A stretch of 64,000 nucleotides of DNA from an uncultured Bacteriovoracaceae bacterium (GTDB taxonomy: Bacteria; Bdellovibrionota; UBA1018), in assembly GCA_964358645.1 (NCBI GenBank), contig CAYHPW010000005.1, positions 18,663 to 82,662 on the forward strand, written 5' to 3'. This document shows positions 10,657-19,773 of this stretch, piece after piece. Each line of letters begins with the position of its first letter. Position 1 is the first letter of the stretch. Both the position numbers and the translations under genes were made by a program. The notes beneath the pieces were generated by a model, which searched no databases, was not told the origin of the DNA, and was given only the letters and a program-made list of their open reading frames with translations.

Positions 10657-11837
10657 TTTTCAATGAGGTGGGTTACTACTGTTTTTTCCTTTTACCCTCC
10701 ATCCTCTTATTCCACTTAAGCAAATATTCATTAAGGCCATGGATTATAACCATTACTGGCGTACTTTTTTTTATATATTTTGGAGGGATTCATTTTGGTG
10801 GATTGTTCGGATCTTTAGCAGTCATTATCCTGCTGTGGGAGATGTTGACTTCGCGTTTTTATAAACCCAAGTCGCTATGGAGTATTTTTGGTGTTGTGCA
10901 GGCGATTATAGTTCTTTGTTACTTTAAATATTCAGGTTTTTTCATAACAATATATAACGATCTCTTAAACGTATTTAAATTAAGTGACACCCAAAGATTT
11001 TCAAACCCAATCCTGCCTTTAGGGATAAGTTTTTTTACGTTTGAATTCATACATTTTGCAAGTGACCGTTATAAAGGCAAGATAGGGAAAACCACATTAG
11101 GTGAGTATGGTGCTTTTATCTTTTTTTTCCCAACCATGGTAGCGGGACCGATTAAACGGTTCGAGGAATTTATACCTAAGCTAAGATGCGCATGCGTAAA
11201 CCTAAAACTTATCAACCGTGGCATAACTCGCATCCTGGTGGGGTTGGCAAAAAAGCATGCATTAGCTGATACATTTGGACTTATTTCAAACAGCCTCAAT
11301 ACCGATGCTCTGTATCAGGCTGATGGTATTACAATAATTTTTTGGATATTTGCCTATGGGATGAAGATTTATTTTGATTTTTCCGGTTATTCTGACATAG
11401 CGATCGGTAGCGCGTATCTTTTTGGTATCCCTGTTCCAGAAAACTTTAACTGGCCATATTTAAGCCGAAATATTGCTGAATTCTGGCGCAGGTGGCACAT
11501 CTCGCTGGGTAGATGGATTTTTGATTATGTTTATGTAGCAGTCGGTGGTTCACTGAGATCACCTATCAGAACGGGTTTCAATCTTATAATGGCCTTCGCT
11601 GTGTCTGGTATTTGGCATGGAGCCGCGTATAATTTTATAGCATGGGGTTTGTGGCATGGGATCATGATGGTTATTTATCGTTTCTGGAGTTACATTTCAT
11701 TGCGGTTAAACGTGCGGTTACCAGCACCTGTAAGCATAATGATTACATTTATTGGTGTTAATCTTGGCTGGGGCTTGTTCTGTATGGACATTAAACGAGC
11801 TGTTTTCTCATTTTCTAAGATATTAGCTATATTATGA
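10653..11837 (+). CDS. MBOAT O-acyltransferase (DltB/AlgI/PatA family, short DltB-like form)
   Basis: LPLGISFFTF, FFPTMVAGPI, YFDFSGYSD, FWRRWHISL and catalytic GIWHG. 394 aa, with no C-terminal FIYxxF tail. Confidence 0.95.
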   Translation: MIFNEVGYYCFFLLPSILLFHLSKYSLRPWIITITGVLFFIYFGGIHFGGLFGSLAVIILLWEMLTSRFYKPKSLWSIFGVVQAIIVLCYFKYSGFFITIYNDLLNVFKLSDTQRFSNPILPLGISFFTFEFIHFASDRYKGKIGKTTLGEYGAFIFFFPTMVAGPIKRFEEFIPKLRCACVNLKLINRGITRILVGLAKKHALADTFGLISNSLNTDALYQADGITIIFWIFAYGMKIYFDFSGYSDIAIGSAYLFGIPVPENFNWPYLSRNIAEFWRRWHISLGRWIFDYVYVAVGGSLRSPIRTGFNLIMAFAVSGIWHGAAYNFIAWGLWHGIMMVIYRFWSYISLRLNVRLPAPVSIMITFIGVNLGWGLFCMDIKRAVFSFSKILAIL

Positions 11838-12016
11838 AAAGACTGAATAAACTTAAAACGACTTTAGAAATAATGAATGGCGCCGAAGACTTCCCGCAAC
11901 GCTACGAGAAATACATATGGATACCCATTATTAGAGGGATATATTGGACGGTACTTATTTTTATAGTCCTGGCATTTATAGGCAGGAGCACAAAATTTAT
12001 ATACATTGACTTCTGA
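11834..12016 (+). CDS. DltX-like small membrane peptide
   Basis: 60 aa with one TM helix and C-terminal FIYIDF. Start overlaps the MBOAT stop (ATGA) and stop overlaps the next start (TGATG). Confidence 0.8.
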   Translation: MKRLNKLKTTLEIMNGAEDFPQRYEKYIWIPIIRGIYWTVLIFIVLAFIGRSTKFIYIDF

Positions 12017-13047
12017 TGCGACAAGAAACACGACACCTTATCATTAGTTTTGTTATTTTTCTGTCTGGTATAATCTTTTTAGAAAGATGTCTGGCATGGA
12101 AGATACCACTTCACTTCATTCCAACTGTTAAAATGCACAAAGCGTTGGAATATGGCGATAATTGTATAGTATTTAGCGGTGATTCCAGGATGGCGTCCGG
12201 TCTGGATCTATCTATAATGAAGAATACGCTAAATAGTCATAATAATTCTACATGTCTTATTGATCTATCTATCGGCGGAGTAAACCTTACCGGACAGGTT
12301 GTAGCCCTTCGTGAATACTTGAGACATGGCAGAAAACCAAAACTGATCGTGCTTGGTATATCAATCGATAATTTATTATCGGATGATATGCATGTCGATG
12401 AATCCTCATTCGTTGGCAGCCGTGCCATTATACTGCTATGGTCGCACTTAAAAGATGTTTACATTCACTATCCAAATTTCCCTAAAGAAGGCCGGATAAA
12501 TGGCATTAAATTCCTTATTATGAGAACTAATGCATTAACAACTTTTGGTTCAATAATATGGCTTAAAATCCAAAGATTCCAAAATTACATCACCGGGAAG
12601 TCGACGGGTGAGACCAACCGTTTTGGTGCGGTTGAAGATATGAAATTGCTGGCTAATGATTTTTTTATCCAGTTACAACGTTTGATCAGTACTCAAAAAC
12701 TTGGGCATGATACATGGAGTGAACACAGGTGGTATTCACTACTCAAACAACTCCTTGTAGAGCGAGACATACCACTGGCATTAGTTGAAGTTCCAATATT
12801 CCCTCCGTATGCAAGTCAAATTGAAGCCATATCGCAATCTTCAGCAATTAAGGATTGGATTGCGCGACGCCTGCCAAAATGCCGACTAGCTGAACCAAAA
12901 TGTATAGAAAGCACTTTGATCAATCTAAATTCCGTTCCAGGCATTAATGCTGCTTTTTTTCCAGACAAAATACACTTGTCCACCGACGGGGCAAAAATCT
13001 TCTCAAAGCATTTGGGAGAAAAATTGTCTCTGATACTGCAAAAATAA
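12016..13047 (+). CDS. SGNH-fold periplasmic acyltransferase (DltD/AlgJ/PatB-like)
   Basis: N-terminal TM anchor, block I FSGDSR, block II LSIGG and C-terminal DxxH (PDKIHL). Confidence 0.75.
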   Translation: MRQETRHLIISFVIFLSGIIFLERCLAWKIPLHFIPTVKMHKALEYGDNCIVFSGDSRMASGLDLSIMKNTLNSHNNSTCLIDLSIGGVNLTGQVVALREYLRHGRKPKLIVLGISIDNLLSDDMHVDESSFVGSRAIILLWSHLKDVYIHYPNFPKEGRINGIKFLIMRTNALTTFGSIIWLKIQRFQNYITGKSTGETNRFGAVEDMKLLANDFFIQLQRLISTQKLGHDTWSEHRWYSLLKQLLVERDIPLALVEVPIFPPYASQIEAISQSSAIKDWIARRLPKCRLAEPKCIESTLINLNSVPGINAAFFPDKIHLSTDGAKIFSKHLGEKLSLILQK

Positions 13048-13056
13048 CGGCACAGT

Positions 13057-14043
13057 TTACGGACTCTTTTTCATCAGATTGAGGAACTCTGAGTCAGTTG
13101 AAAAAATCAGCTGTGTGTCTTTTTTAAAGGCCTTTTTATATGCATCCATCGTGCGTGTGAACTCAAAAAACTTACGGTCCTGATTCAGCGCGCGCGCATA
13201 TATGATTATGGCTTCTGCCTCGGCTTTTCCGCGGATCTGCTGCGCCTGTCGGTAAGCCTCGGATGTGATCCTCTGCAGATCTCGGCTAGTCTTGCCTTGG
13301 ATCTTGGCTTGCTCTCCTTTTCCGATGGAGCGGATCTTTTCGGCAATTCGCTTTCGCTCGGAGATCATGCGTTCATATACTTTTTTCTCGACACTAGCTT
13401 CGTATGAGATCCGTCGCAGCTGAACATCTATGATTGAAATTCCGAATTGGGCGAGTTCTTCAGCGGCCTTTTTTGCGATAATCCCGCTTAGGTTCTCACG
13501 TCCTGTCTGGATTTTCTCGATCTCTCCGGTTATCTCCTCTTCCTCTGCAACTAAAATTTCTCCTTTAGCGAGCTTCTGCTTCGTATCTTCCCGCTTCGTC
13601 TGAAGATAATCGAGAATAAGATTCGTGTTCCTGACTGCCTCCACTAGATTATGGTTCGAAATCGTATCACGCGTGATCGCATCAAGGATCGCATCCAGCC
13701 TGGCTTTCGCGCCTCGTTCATTCTGGACGGTTTGAATAAACTTGAGGGCATCATCAATCCTCCAGCGGGCAGTAGTATCAACAATGATGTATTTCTTGTC
13801 CCTGGTGGGGATCTGATTTGGATAGCCATCCCAGGAGAGGATTCTTTTATCAACATACTGGACAGCCTGGATAAAGGGCATCTTGAAGTGCATGCCTGCT
13901 TCCGTAACTGGTTGGCCAATTGGTCGGCCAAACTGTGTGATGACTGCCTGGCGGCCCTCGGGCACAAGGAATGCCGAGGAAAGAGTCGCTGCGATGATAA
14001 GAATTACTGTAAGCCCAAATAGTGCTATACGATTAAGTTTCAT
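13057..14043 (-). CDS. hflC: FtsH protease modulator HflC
   Basis: SPFH domain, GMHFKMPFIQ, VYERMISER...A..IRS.G, FFEFTRTMDAY. Coupled to hflK. Confidence 0.95.
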   Translation of the reverse strand: MKLNRIALFGLTVILIIAATLSSAFLVPEGRQAVITQFGRPIGQPVTEAGMHFKMPFIQAVQYVDKRILSWDGYPNQIPTRDKKYIIVDTTARWRIDDALKFIQTVQNERGAKARLDAILDAITRDTISNHNLVEAVRNTNLILDYLQTKREDTKQKLAKGEILVAEEEEITGEIEKIQTGRENLSGIIAKKAAEELAQFGISIIDVQLRRISYEASVEKKVYERMISERKRIAEKIRSIGKGEQAKIQGKTSRDLQRITSEAYRQAQQIRGKAEAEAIIIYARALNQDRKFFEFTRTMDAYKKAFKKDTQLIFSTDSEFLNLMKKSP

Positions 14044-15098
14044 TTGCCAGACTCCTGTTCCATCTTGGCAGTGCCAAAAATGGGCAATAGGCCTTTGATC
14101 TTGTCATCTATGATCGTCAGTTTTTCGAAACGGCCAAATAACTCCTCCATAGTCTCCAGGTACATTCTTTTTCTGGTGATATCTGGGGCATTTCTGTATT
14201 CACGGAGCATAAGATTGAATCTTTCAGCATCCCCTTTAGCGTGGTTTACAGCCGCGGATGCGTAACCTTCAGCTTCTGATATGGTTTCATCAGCCTTGCC
14301 TCGTGCCTCAGGGATTACCTTGTTATATTCCTCCTCAGCCATGTTGATCGCTTTTTCCTGTTCCTGTTTGGCCGCATTTACCTCATTAAAAGAAGGCTTC
14401 ACTAACTCTGGTGGATTGACATCCTGAGGTTTGACGGTCACCACACGGATGCCCAAATCGTACTTGTCGAGGACCTCCTGAATGAGCCGCTGGGACTCGG
14501 TAGCTATCTCCACGCGTCCAGTCGTCAAGACTTCATTTACTGTTCGGTCGCCAACTACTCTGCGCATAATGGCCTCCGAAACATCCCTTATGTTTCGTCT
14601 CGGATCCTGGGCACGAAATAGAAATTTCTGAGGATCGGCAATCTGGTACTGAACGATCCACTCTACATCTGCGACATTAAGGTCACCGGTCAGCATCTCG
14701 GATTCCTTTTCAAAACTCCCCTTATCATAGCTTGTTTCACCACGGTCAGTATCCCGCGAGCGAAACCCGAACTCTTCCTGGAGGACGAGTTTGGTTCGCA
14801 CTTTAGTTGCTTGTTCAATGCCAAATGGTAACTTGAAATGCAGGCCTGGCGGCGTGGTCCTGTCATAACGGCCAAAGCGCGTGATCACGGCATCTTCGCT
14901 TGGTTGTACTGTATAAAAACTCGAAAAAATCCCAAAAATAATGAAAAGGGCTCCAAACCCTAACAGGATAAAGTGCAGATTGTTTCGAATTGATGTGATA
15001 GCTGCTTTGAACTCATTAGGAAGACTATCGTAGTAATCTCTGGGACTCTTGCCACCATCATAGCTTTTGAAACTCATGTCCGGGACTGTACCCTCCAT
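14040..15098 (-). CDS. hflK: FtsH protease modulator HflK
   Basis: MLTGDLN, VNPP..VKPSFNEV, VIPEARG.A, AKGDAERF, RMYLETME. Confidence 0.95.
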   Translation of the reverse strand: MEGTVPDMSFKSYDGGKSPRDYYDSLPNEFKAAITSIRNNLHFILLGFGALFIIFGIFSSFYTVQPSEDAVITRFGRYDRTTPPGLHFKLPFGIEQATKVRTKLVLQEEFGFRSRDTDRGETSYDKGSFEKESEMLTGDLNVADVEWIVQYQIADPQKFLFRAQDPRRNIRDVSEAIMRRVVGDRTVNEVLTTGRVEIATESQRLIQEVLDKYDLGIRVVTVKPQDVNPPELVKPSFNEVNAAKQEQEKAINMAEEEYNKVIPEARGKADETISEAEGYASAAVNHAKGDAERFNLMLREYRNAPDITRKRMYLETMEELFGRFEKLTIIDDKIKGLLPIFGTAKMEQESGK

Positions 15099-15182
15099 TA
15101 AACTTCAATTCAATCTAATCATGCGTGTAGCGAATATTCAGAGGGTGGACAAAGTTGCCAGTCATGCTATGGTTTGTTGCAT

Positions 15183-15389
15183 ATGCGATTAGGTTTGATT
15201 ATCTGGTTCTGCTTAGGTGCTCTTGGGCTTGGTTTGGTTGTCCTTGAAGCTTCACGCAGAAAAATAAATGTCAGTGGTATATGGTATTTCTTTGCGGTGC
15301 TGCTAGGCCCAATTTTTTTGTTTTTCGTTTTACCTCTTTGGTTGGGGAAATGGGGAAAAGGGTCTGGTCAGGGCGAAAAACGGACATAA
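15183..15389 (+). CDS. Small two-TM membrane protein
   Basis: Hydrophobic ORF (...EASRRKIN..IWYFFAVLLGPI). ATG 15183 lies 9 nt after a TGcTATGGT extended -10. Confidence 0.55.
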   Translation: MRLGLIIWFCLGALGLGLVVLEASRRKINVSGIWYFFAVLLGPIFLFFVLPLWLGKWGKGSGQGEKRT

Positions 15390-15406
15390 GTTGATTATAA
15401 GGGCAT

Positions 15407-16072
15407 ATGATTTCTGATATACTTCAATACGCTTTCCTGATTTCCTTTTTGATATTTCTCGAAGGGATTCTGTCCATTGACAACGCCGTTGTTATGGCAA
15501 TCATGGTTAAACACCTTCCCAAAGACCAGCAACGCAAAGCTCTTACATATGGACTTGTTGGTGCGTTGGTATTCAGGTTCATCGCATTAGCAACAGCGGC
15601 TTTCCTCATTAAGTGGAGGTGGCTCAAATTTATAGGCGGTGGCTACCTGATTTTGATCGCGTTAAAACACTTGCTGGGCAACAAAGACTCTTCACATGAA
15701 GAAACAGCTACCGTCAAGAAAGCGAGCTTCTGGAAAACTGTCGTAATGATCGAGCTAATGGACATAGTGTTCGCCATAGACTCAATTCTTGCTGCAGTCG
15801 CGCTTAGCCCGAATTTTTGGATCGTATTCACGGGTGGGATGATAGGTGTGATTTGTATCAGATTTGCAGCAAGTTATTTCGTTAAATTGCTATCAGTTTT
15901 TCCGGCATTCGAGAAAACTGCCTACATCCTTGTTTTAATAATAGGGGTGAAATTAGGGATTGAAGGATTTCATATACCGGGCATTGATTTTTCATCAGCA
16001 TCCAGCCCTGCATTCTGGATTTTCTGGATATCCATGGCCCTTAGCGTGCTTTATGGAATCAGGCGGAGATGA
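15407..16072 (+). CDS. TerC family integral membrane protein
   Basis: LEGILSIDNAVV and IELMDIVFAIDSILAA signatures. Confidence 0.93.
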   Translation: MISDILQYAFLISFLIFLEGILSIDNAVVMAIMVKHLPKDQQRKALTYGLVGALVFRFIALATAAFLIKWRWLKFIGGGYLILIALKHLLGNKDSSHEETATVKKASFWKTVVMIELMDIVFAIDSILAAVALSPNFWIVFTGGMIGVICIRFAASYFVKLLSVFPAFEKTAYILVLIIGVKLGIEGFHIPGIDFSSASSPAFWIFWISMALSVLYGIRRR

Positions 16073-17360
16073 GGTGGACGCCTTTTGTTGGGAAATTTGC
16101 TTCAAACACGTTTCCCTTGCCAGGAACGCTCTCAACTAAGCTGACATTACCACCATGAAGCAGAGCTATCTGCCTCGAAATAAATAGCCCTAAACCAAGG
16201 CCGCCAAGCCGGCCCGTCCGCTTCACTCTTTCAAATGGCAAAAAAATTCTTTCGCGATCCTCTAAGATGACGTTCGGGCCTTGATCACGCACGGAAAACC
16301 TAAATGAACCGCCATTTTCACGCAATTTTAACCAAACAATCCCTCCCTCTGGGGAAAATCTGATGGCGTTCATGACCATGTTTGTAATCACTTCTTCCAT
16401 GCGTATGGGGTCCACCAAAGCCAATAACGATGTTGGCGCGTCTACATTCAGCCTTACGCCCGCTTCATCGGCAATTATATTCAAACGACTTGTGACGGTC
16501 TCACGCATAAGAGCGGCTACATCCGTCTCAGCAGGTTCAATCATAAATCGTCCATTCTGTATTCGTGATACATCCAATAATCCATTTATAAGTTCATTCA
16601 ACCGCTCTACCTGGCGAATAACTGTTTTAAGAAAAGATCGTTGTCTTTCTAGTTGAGACTCTGGTGTATCCTCTTTTTTCAAGCGCAACATCCGCTCCTG
16701 AAGCTGCAGCAAACCATAAATTGAAGTAAGGGGTGTCTTTAGTTCGTGACTGGCCACGGATAAAAATTGGCCATGTAATTTTAAGGCATAGTCCAACTGT
16801 GCTATCTCGGCAAGCTCAGCCAAACGATTAGCTATTGCTGAAAATGCGGTTTCTTTCATCGAATCAAGAGGCTTTGCGCTGCCTATTATAATCCATGCGA
16901 ATGTACGAAACTGTGGGGCTTCGCGTATCAATACGCCTCTGATTTTCCCTACCACCGGGAAAAAAGATAGATTAGTGACTAAAGGCAGCTTGAGCTGCAA
17001 GGAGTTTGCGTCAGATAACTGCATTTTTTTGATCTCTGTCGGGATGGTACCGAAACCACTTATCTGACGTTTTAAAAAATCGGTCATTAATGCGATAGCA
17101 TTGTGGTCTTCAGCCAAAGATGCCAAACTTACAGAAATCTTGCTTTCGCCTTGTAAGCCATTTTCGGACACCCAAGCGGTCTGGCCTAAACCGACGACAT
17201 ATATTGCGACAAGGGGCTCTTCGCATAGAGCTAGAAGTTCATTATTAATACGCTCCAGCTCAGCTTCATTTTGTGGCCAAGCCGGGACACGCTTACAAAA
17301 TGCAGCTAATCGTAAAGAGTCCACAATAGATGACTCATCTTGCATGTTTCTGGCCAGCAC
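16059..17360 (-). CDS. Cytoplasmic sensor histidine kinase (orphan)
   Basis: H-box ASHELKTPLT, N-box NAIRF, DQGP, F-box FLPF and GLGLGL. Soluble GAF-like N-terminus; no adjacent response regulator. Confidence 0.92.
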   Translation of the reverse strand: MLARNMQDESSIVDSLRLAAFCKRVPAWPQNEAELERINNELLALCEEPLVAIYVVGLGQTAWVSENGLQGESKISVSLASLAEDHNAIALMTDFLKRQISGFGTIPTEIKKMQLSDANSLQLKLPLVTNLSFFPVVGKIRGVLIREAPQFRTFAWIIIGSAKPLDSMKETAFSAIANRLAELAEIAQLDYALKLHGQFLSVASHELKTPLTSIYGLLQLQERMLRLKKEDTPESQLERQRSFLKTVIRQVERLNELINGLLDVSRIQNGRFMIEPAETDVAALMRETVTSRLNIIADEAGVRLNVDAPTSLLALVDPIRMEEVITNMVMNAIRFSPEGGIVWLKLRENGGSFRFSVRDQGPNVILEDRERIFLPFERVKRTGRLGGLGLGLFISRQIALLHGGNVSLVESVPGKGNVFEANFPTKGVHLISA

Positions 17361-17420
17361 GCATATTGTCTTAGCTTGCTAACGGAGGGGCACATTAATT
17401 GAAATAAAATACTATTGTTA

Positions 17421-17521
17421 TCAGGGAGAGAATGACTGCTCGGCACGCACCGCCCCCTTTAATATGCCTGGAGCGTCGTTCCCTGACAAAAAGGGGTGAG
17501 ATGTTACTTACCCCTTTTTGT
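17421..17521 (+). ncRNA. Candidate structured RNA (long hairpin followed by a terminator-like hairpin)
   Basis: Stacked stems TCAGGGA/TCCCTGA, AATGAC/GTCGTT, GCTC/GAGC and GGCA/TGCC, followed by a second hairpin. G-U pairs work on the + strand only. Confidence 0.4.
17486..17521 (+). terminator. Intrinsic terminator-like hairpin
   Basis: ACAAAAAGGGGTGAG-ATGTTA-CTTACCCCTTTTTGT. Confidence 0.7.
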
Positions 17522-17582
17522 GTGGCACTGGGCAGCAGAACTTTAATAAATACCTAAATAATCCGATATCTAAAATAAGCAT

Positions 17583-18686
17583 ATGGGACTTCCCGTCAAA
17601 AATCCGTCAGCACCGAGTTCGCGACAGCAGGGTGGCCAACAAATCAGGCATCTAAAAAAAGGTGAGTTACTTTTCGCTGAAGGTGAAAATTCGCGCTCCA
17701 TGTATTTTGTCAAAACAGGGATGATCCGTCTTTTTAAGAAAAAAGGTGAGTCGCAAATCGAATTGGACACAATACGCTCAGGACAGGTGCTTGGAGAGCT
17801 TGCTTTTCTTGATGGAAATCCACGTTCAGCTTCCGGTGAAGCGCTGACTGAGTGCAATTTAGTTGAAATTTCAGGAACGGCATTCCAAGAAGTGCTGACA
17901 AGACTTCCGGATTGGCTCAAAATTCTACTTAAAACAGTAGTCAGCCGCCTGCGCACGGCAAGCACGAGGATTCGGCAGCTTGAAACAGCAAGTTCAGCTT
18001 ATGATTATTCAGACAAAGACGGTAAACGCTCAGCACACTATATATATCTCTCGCCCACGGATATACTTAAGATAGCTTCCGGCTTGCTTTTAGTGGCTTC
18101 ACGTAACGGCACGAATACTGACGATGGGATTGATGTCCGGGTTGGACTGCTCCAACGTTATGTAAACCAGATAATGGGCATCCCAGTAGCTAAAATTACT
18201 ACATTCATGGATTTAATGGAACAAGTTGGACTTGTCGCCGCAGTCACCAGTACGGCTACACCTCGTACGATATTAAAAGACGCAAATTTTCTGGAACAGC
18301 TAATCACTTATCTTAATGAGGAAAATCTCATTGAACCGAGCAAACGACATGATATTTCTTTAAGAGGCTTCTTTATAATGAGCCTGATAGCCAAGCACCT
18401 TGGGCGTTACCAACCTGATCCGGCAAGTGGGAATGTAATAGTTAATATCGGGGAAATAAAGAAACTCGAGACTGCAGAAAATAACCGGGAACCGTTTAGG
18501 ATCGAAGAGTTTATGGAGCTGGTTAAGCATAATTATGCATCGGCACCCAATGTGAAATCGCAGGATGAGGTTTTTACATCTTTCAATATGGAGGCTTTTG
18601 TTCACTCATATCGAATGCAAAGAGTGGTTATCGCGATCCAAGCGATAAATGAGCAGAAACGAAAAGCTGGCGGATATCTGAGATAG
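17583..18686 (+). CDS. Cyclic-nucleotide-binding domain protein (Crp-like N-terminus, long atypical C-terminus)
   Basis: LFAEGE, MYFVKTG and phosphate-binding cassette LGELAFLDGNPRSAS, followed by a C-helix. Preceded by TTAAT-N14-TCCGATAT. Confidence 0.88.
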   Translation: MGLPVKNPSAPSSRQQGGQQIRHLKKGELLFAEGENSRSMYFVKTGMIRLFKKKGESQIELDTIRSGQVLGELAFLDGNPRSASGEALTECNLVEISGTAFQEVLTRLPDWLKILLKTVVSRLRTASTRIRQLETASSAYDYSDKDGKRSAHYIYLSPTDILKIASGLLLVASRNGTNTDDGIDVRVGLLQRYVNQIMGIPVAKITTFMDLMEQVGLVAAVTSTATPRTILKDANFLEQLITYLNEENLIEPSKRHDISLRGFFIMSLIAKHLGRYQPDPASGNVIVNIGEIKKLETAENNREPFRIEEFMELVKHNYASAPNVKSQDEVFTSFNMEAFVHSYRMQRVVIAIQAINEQKRKAGGYLR

Positions 18687-18695
18687 AACTTAGTT

Positions 18696-19760
18696 TTATA
18701 CAAGATCGGGTCGATGTTTTTTTACTTCATCAACAAGCATCTTAATCTGCTGCGCTCGTCGTTTATCAGCTACAAGAATAGCTTCACCAGCCTGTACGAT
18801 AATAAGATCTTTCACGCCTAATAGGGCCACAAGCTTTCCTGGGGCATCAATAATATTTTGCGCGCTTTCAATTGAGATAACTTCGCCATTTGTGACTACG
18901 TTCTCGCCATTGTAAGCGCCAAGAACGTCTGCCATGCTTTCAAGGGATAGCCAGCTTCCCAAGTCATCCCATCCGCAGTCCAGTGGGAAGGCAACAACGT
19001 TATCGGCTTTTTCCATGACTCCATAATCTATGGAAGTAGCTGTAAGCAGCGGGTACGCCACATCGACATCTCCACCGGAGGCTTCCCATGTTTTTTTCAT
19101 CTCTGGCATGAAGCAATCAAATGCCGCTAGAATAACCTCCGCCCTCCAAACAAACATCCCGCCATTCCATAAATAATTGCCGCTTTTAAGGAAATTTTTG
19201 GCCATCATTTCATTTGGTTTTTCTATAAACCGCTCGACCCTGTAACATCCTGAAGACCCAATATTTTTGCTGATTCTAAGATAACCAAAACCCGTCTCAG
19301 GCCGTGATGGCCTTACCCCGAGGGTGACGAGGTCATCATGTTCAGAGGCCCATGCAACTGCCAGCTTTACGGTGTCACAAAATCGATCCTCGGCGGCTAT
19401 GTAATGATCTGATGGCATTACGAGCATGACGGCATTAGGAGCCTGCTCGGCGACAAAACGAGCCGCCCAGTAAATACAAGGGGCGGTGTTCCTGCCGGCC
19501 GGTTCTTCCAAAATCATGGCGCTTGCCGTTTCCTGGGAAACAGCATCTCTAAGAGCCCTAGTCGTGACAATGATATTATTAGAAGAAGGTATCAGATCTT
19601 CAAACCGCCTCAAGGTTCTGGCCAACAACGACACCGGTATACCGTCGCTAGATTCACCAAAAGAAAGAAGCTGTTTAGGCCTAGCTGATACGCTTTTTGG
19701 CCAAAAACGTGTTCCACTACCACCGGCCATTATTATCAAATAGCTGTTCTTGCTGCCCAT
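18696..19760 (-). CDS. manC: Mannose-1-phosphate guanylyltransferase (GMP domain only)
   Basis: IMAGGSGTRFWP.S...PKQ, EPAGRNTAP, PSDH, ETGFGY, FIEKP, WNGGMF, SIDYGVMEK, WDDLGSW. Confidence 0.93.
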   Translation of the reverse strand: MGSKNSYLIIMAGGSGTRFWPKSVSARPKQLLSFGESSDGIPVSLLARTLRRFEDLIPSSNNIIVTTRALRDAVSQETASAMILEEPAGRNTAPCIYWAARFVAEQAPNAVMLVMPSDHYIAAEDRFCDTVKLAVAWASEHDDLVTLGVRPSRPETGFGYLRISKNIGSSGCYRVERFIEKPNEMMAKNFLKSGNYLWNGGMFVWRAEVILAAFDCFMPEMKKTWEASGGDVDVAYPLLTATSIDYGVMEKADNVVAFPLDCGWDDLGSWLSLESMADVLGAYNGENVVTNGEVISIESAQNIIDAPGKLVALLGVKDLIIVQAGEAILVADKRRAQQIKMLVDEVKKHRPDLV

Positions 19761-19773
19761 TCAATCGAGTTCG

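Noticed and set aside
9625-15170. Intact integrative element or prophage at tRNA-Ser
   Set aside because: No integrase, phage gene or att-like duplication of the tRNA 3' end was found.
17421-17486. SRP (4.5S) RNA on the minus strand, suggested by CAGG...AGCAG
   Set aside because: It lacks the short stem with GNRA tetraloop between those motifs, and the G-U pairs favour the + strand.
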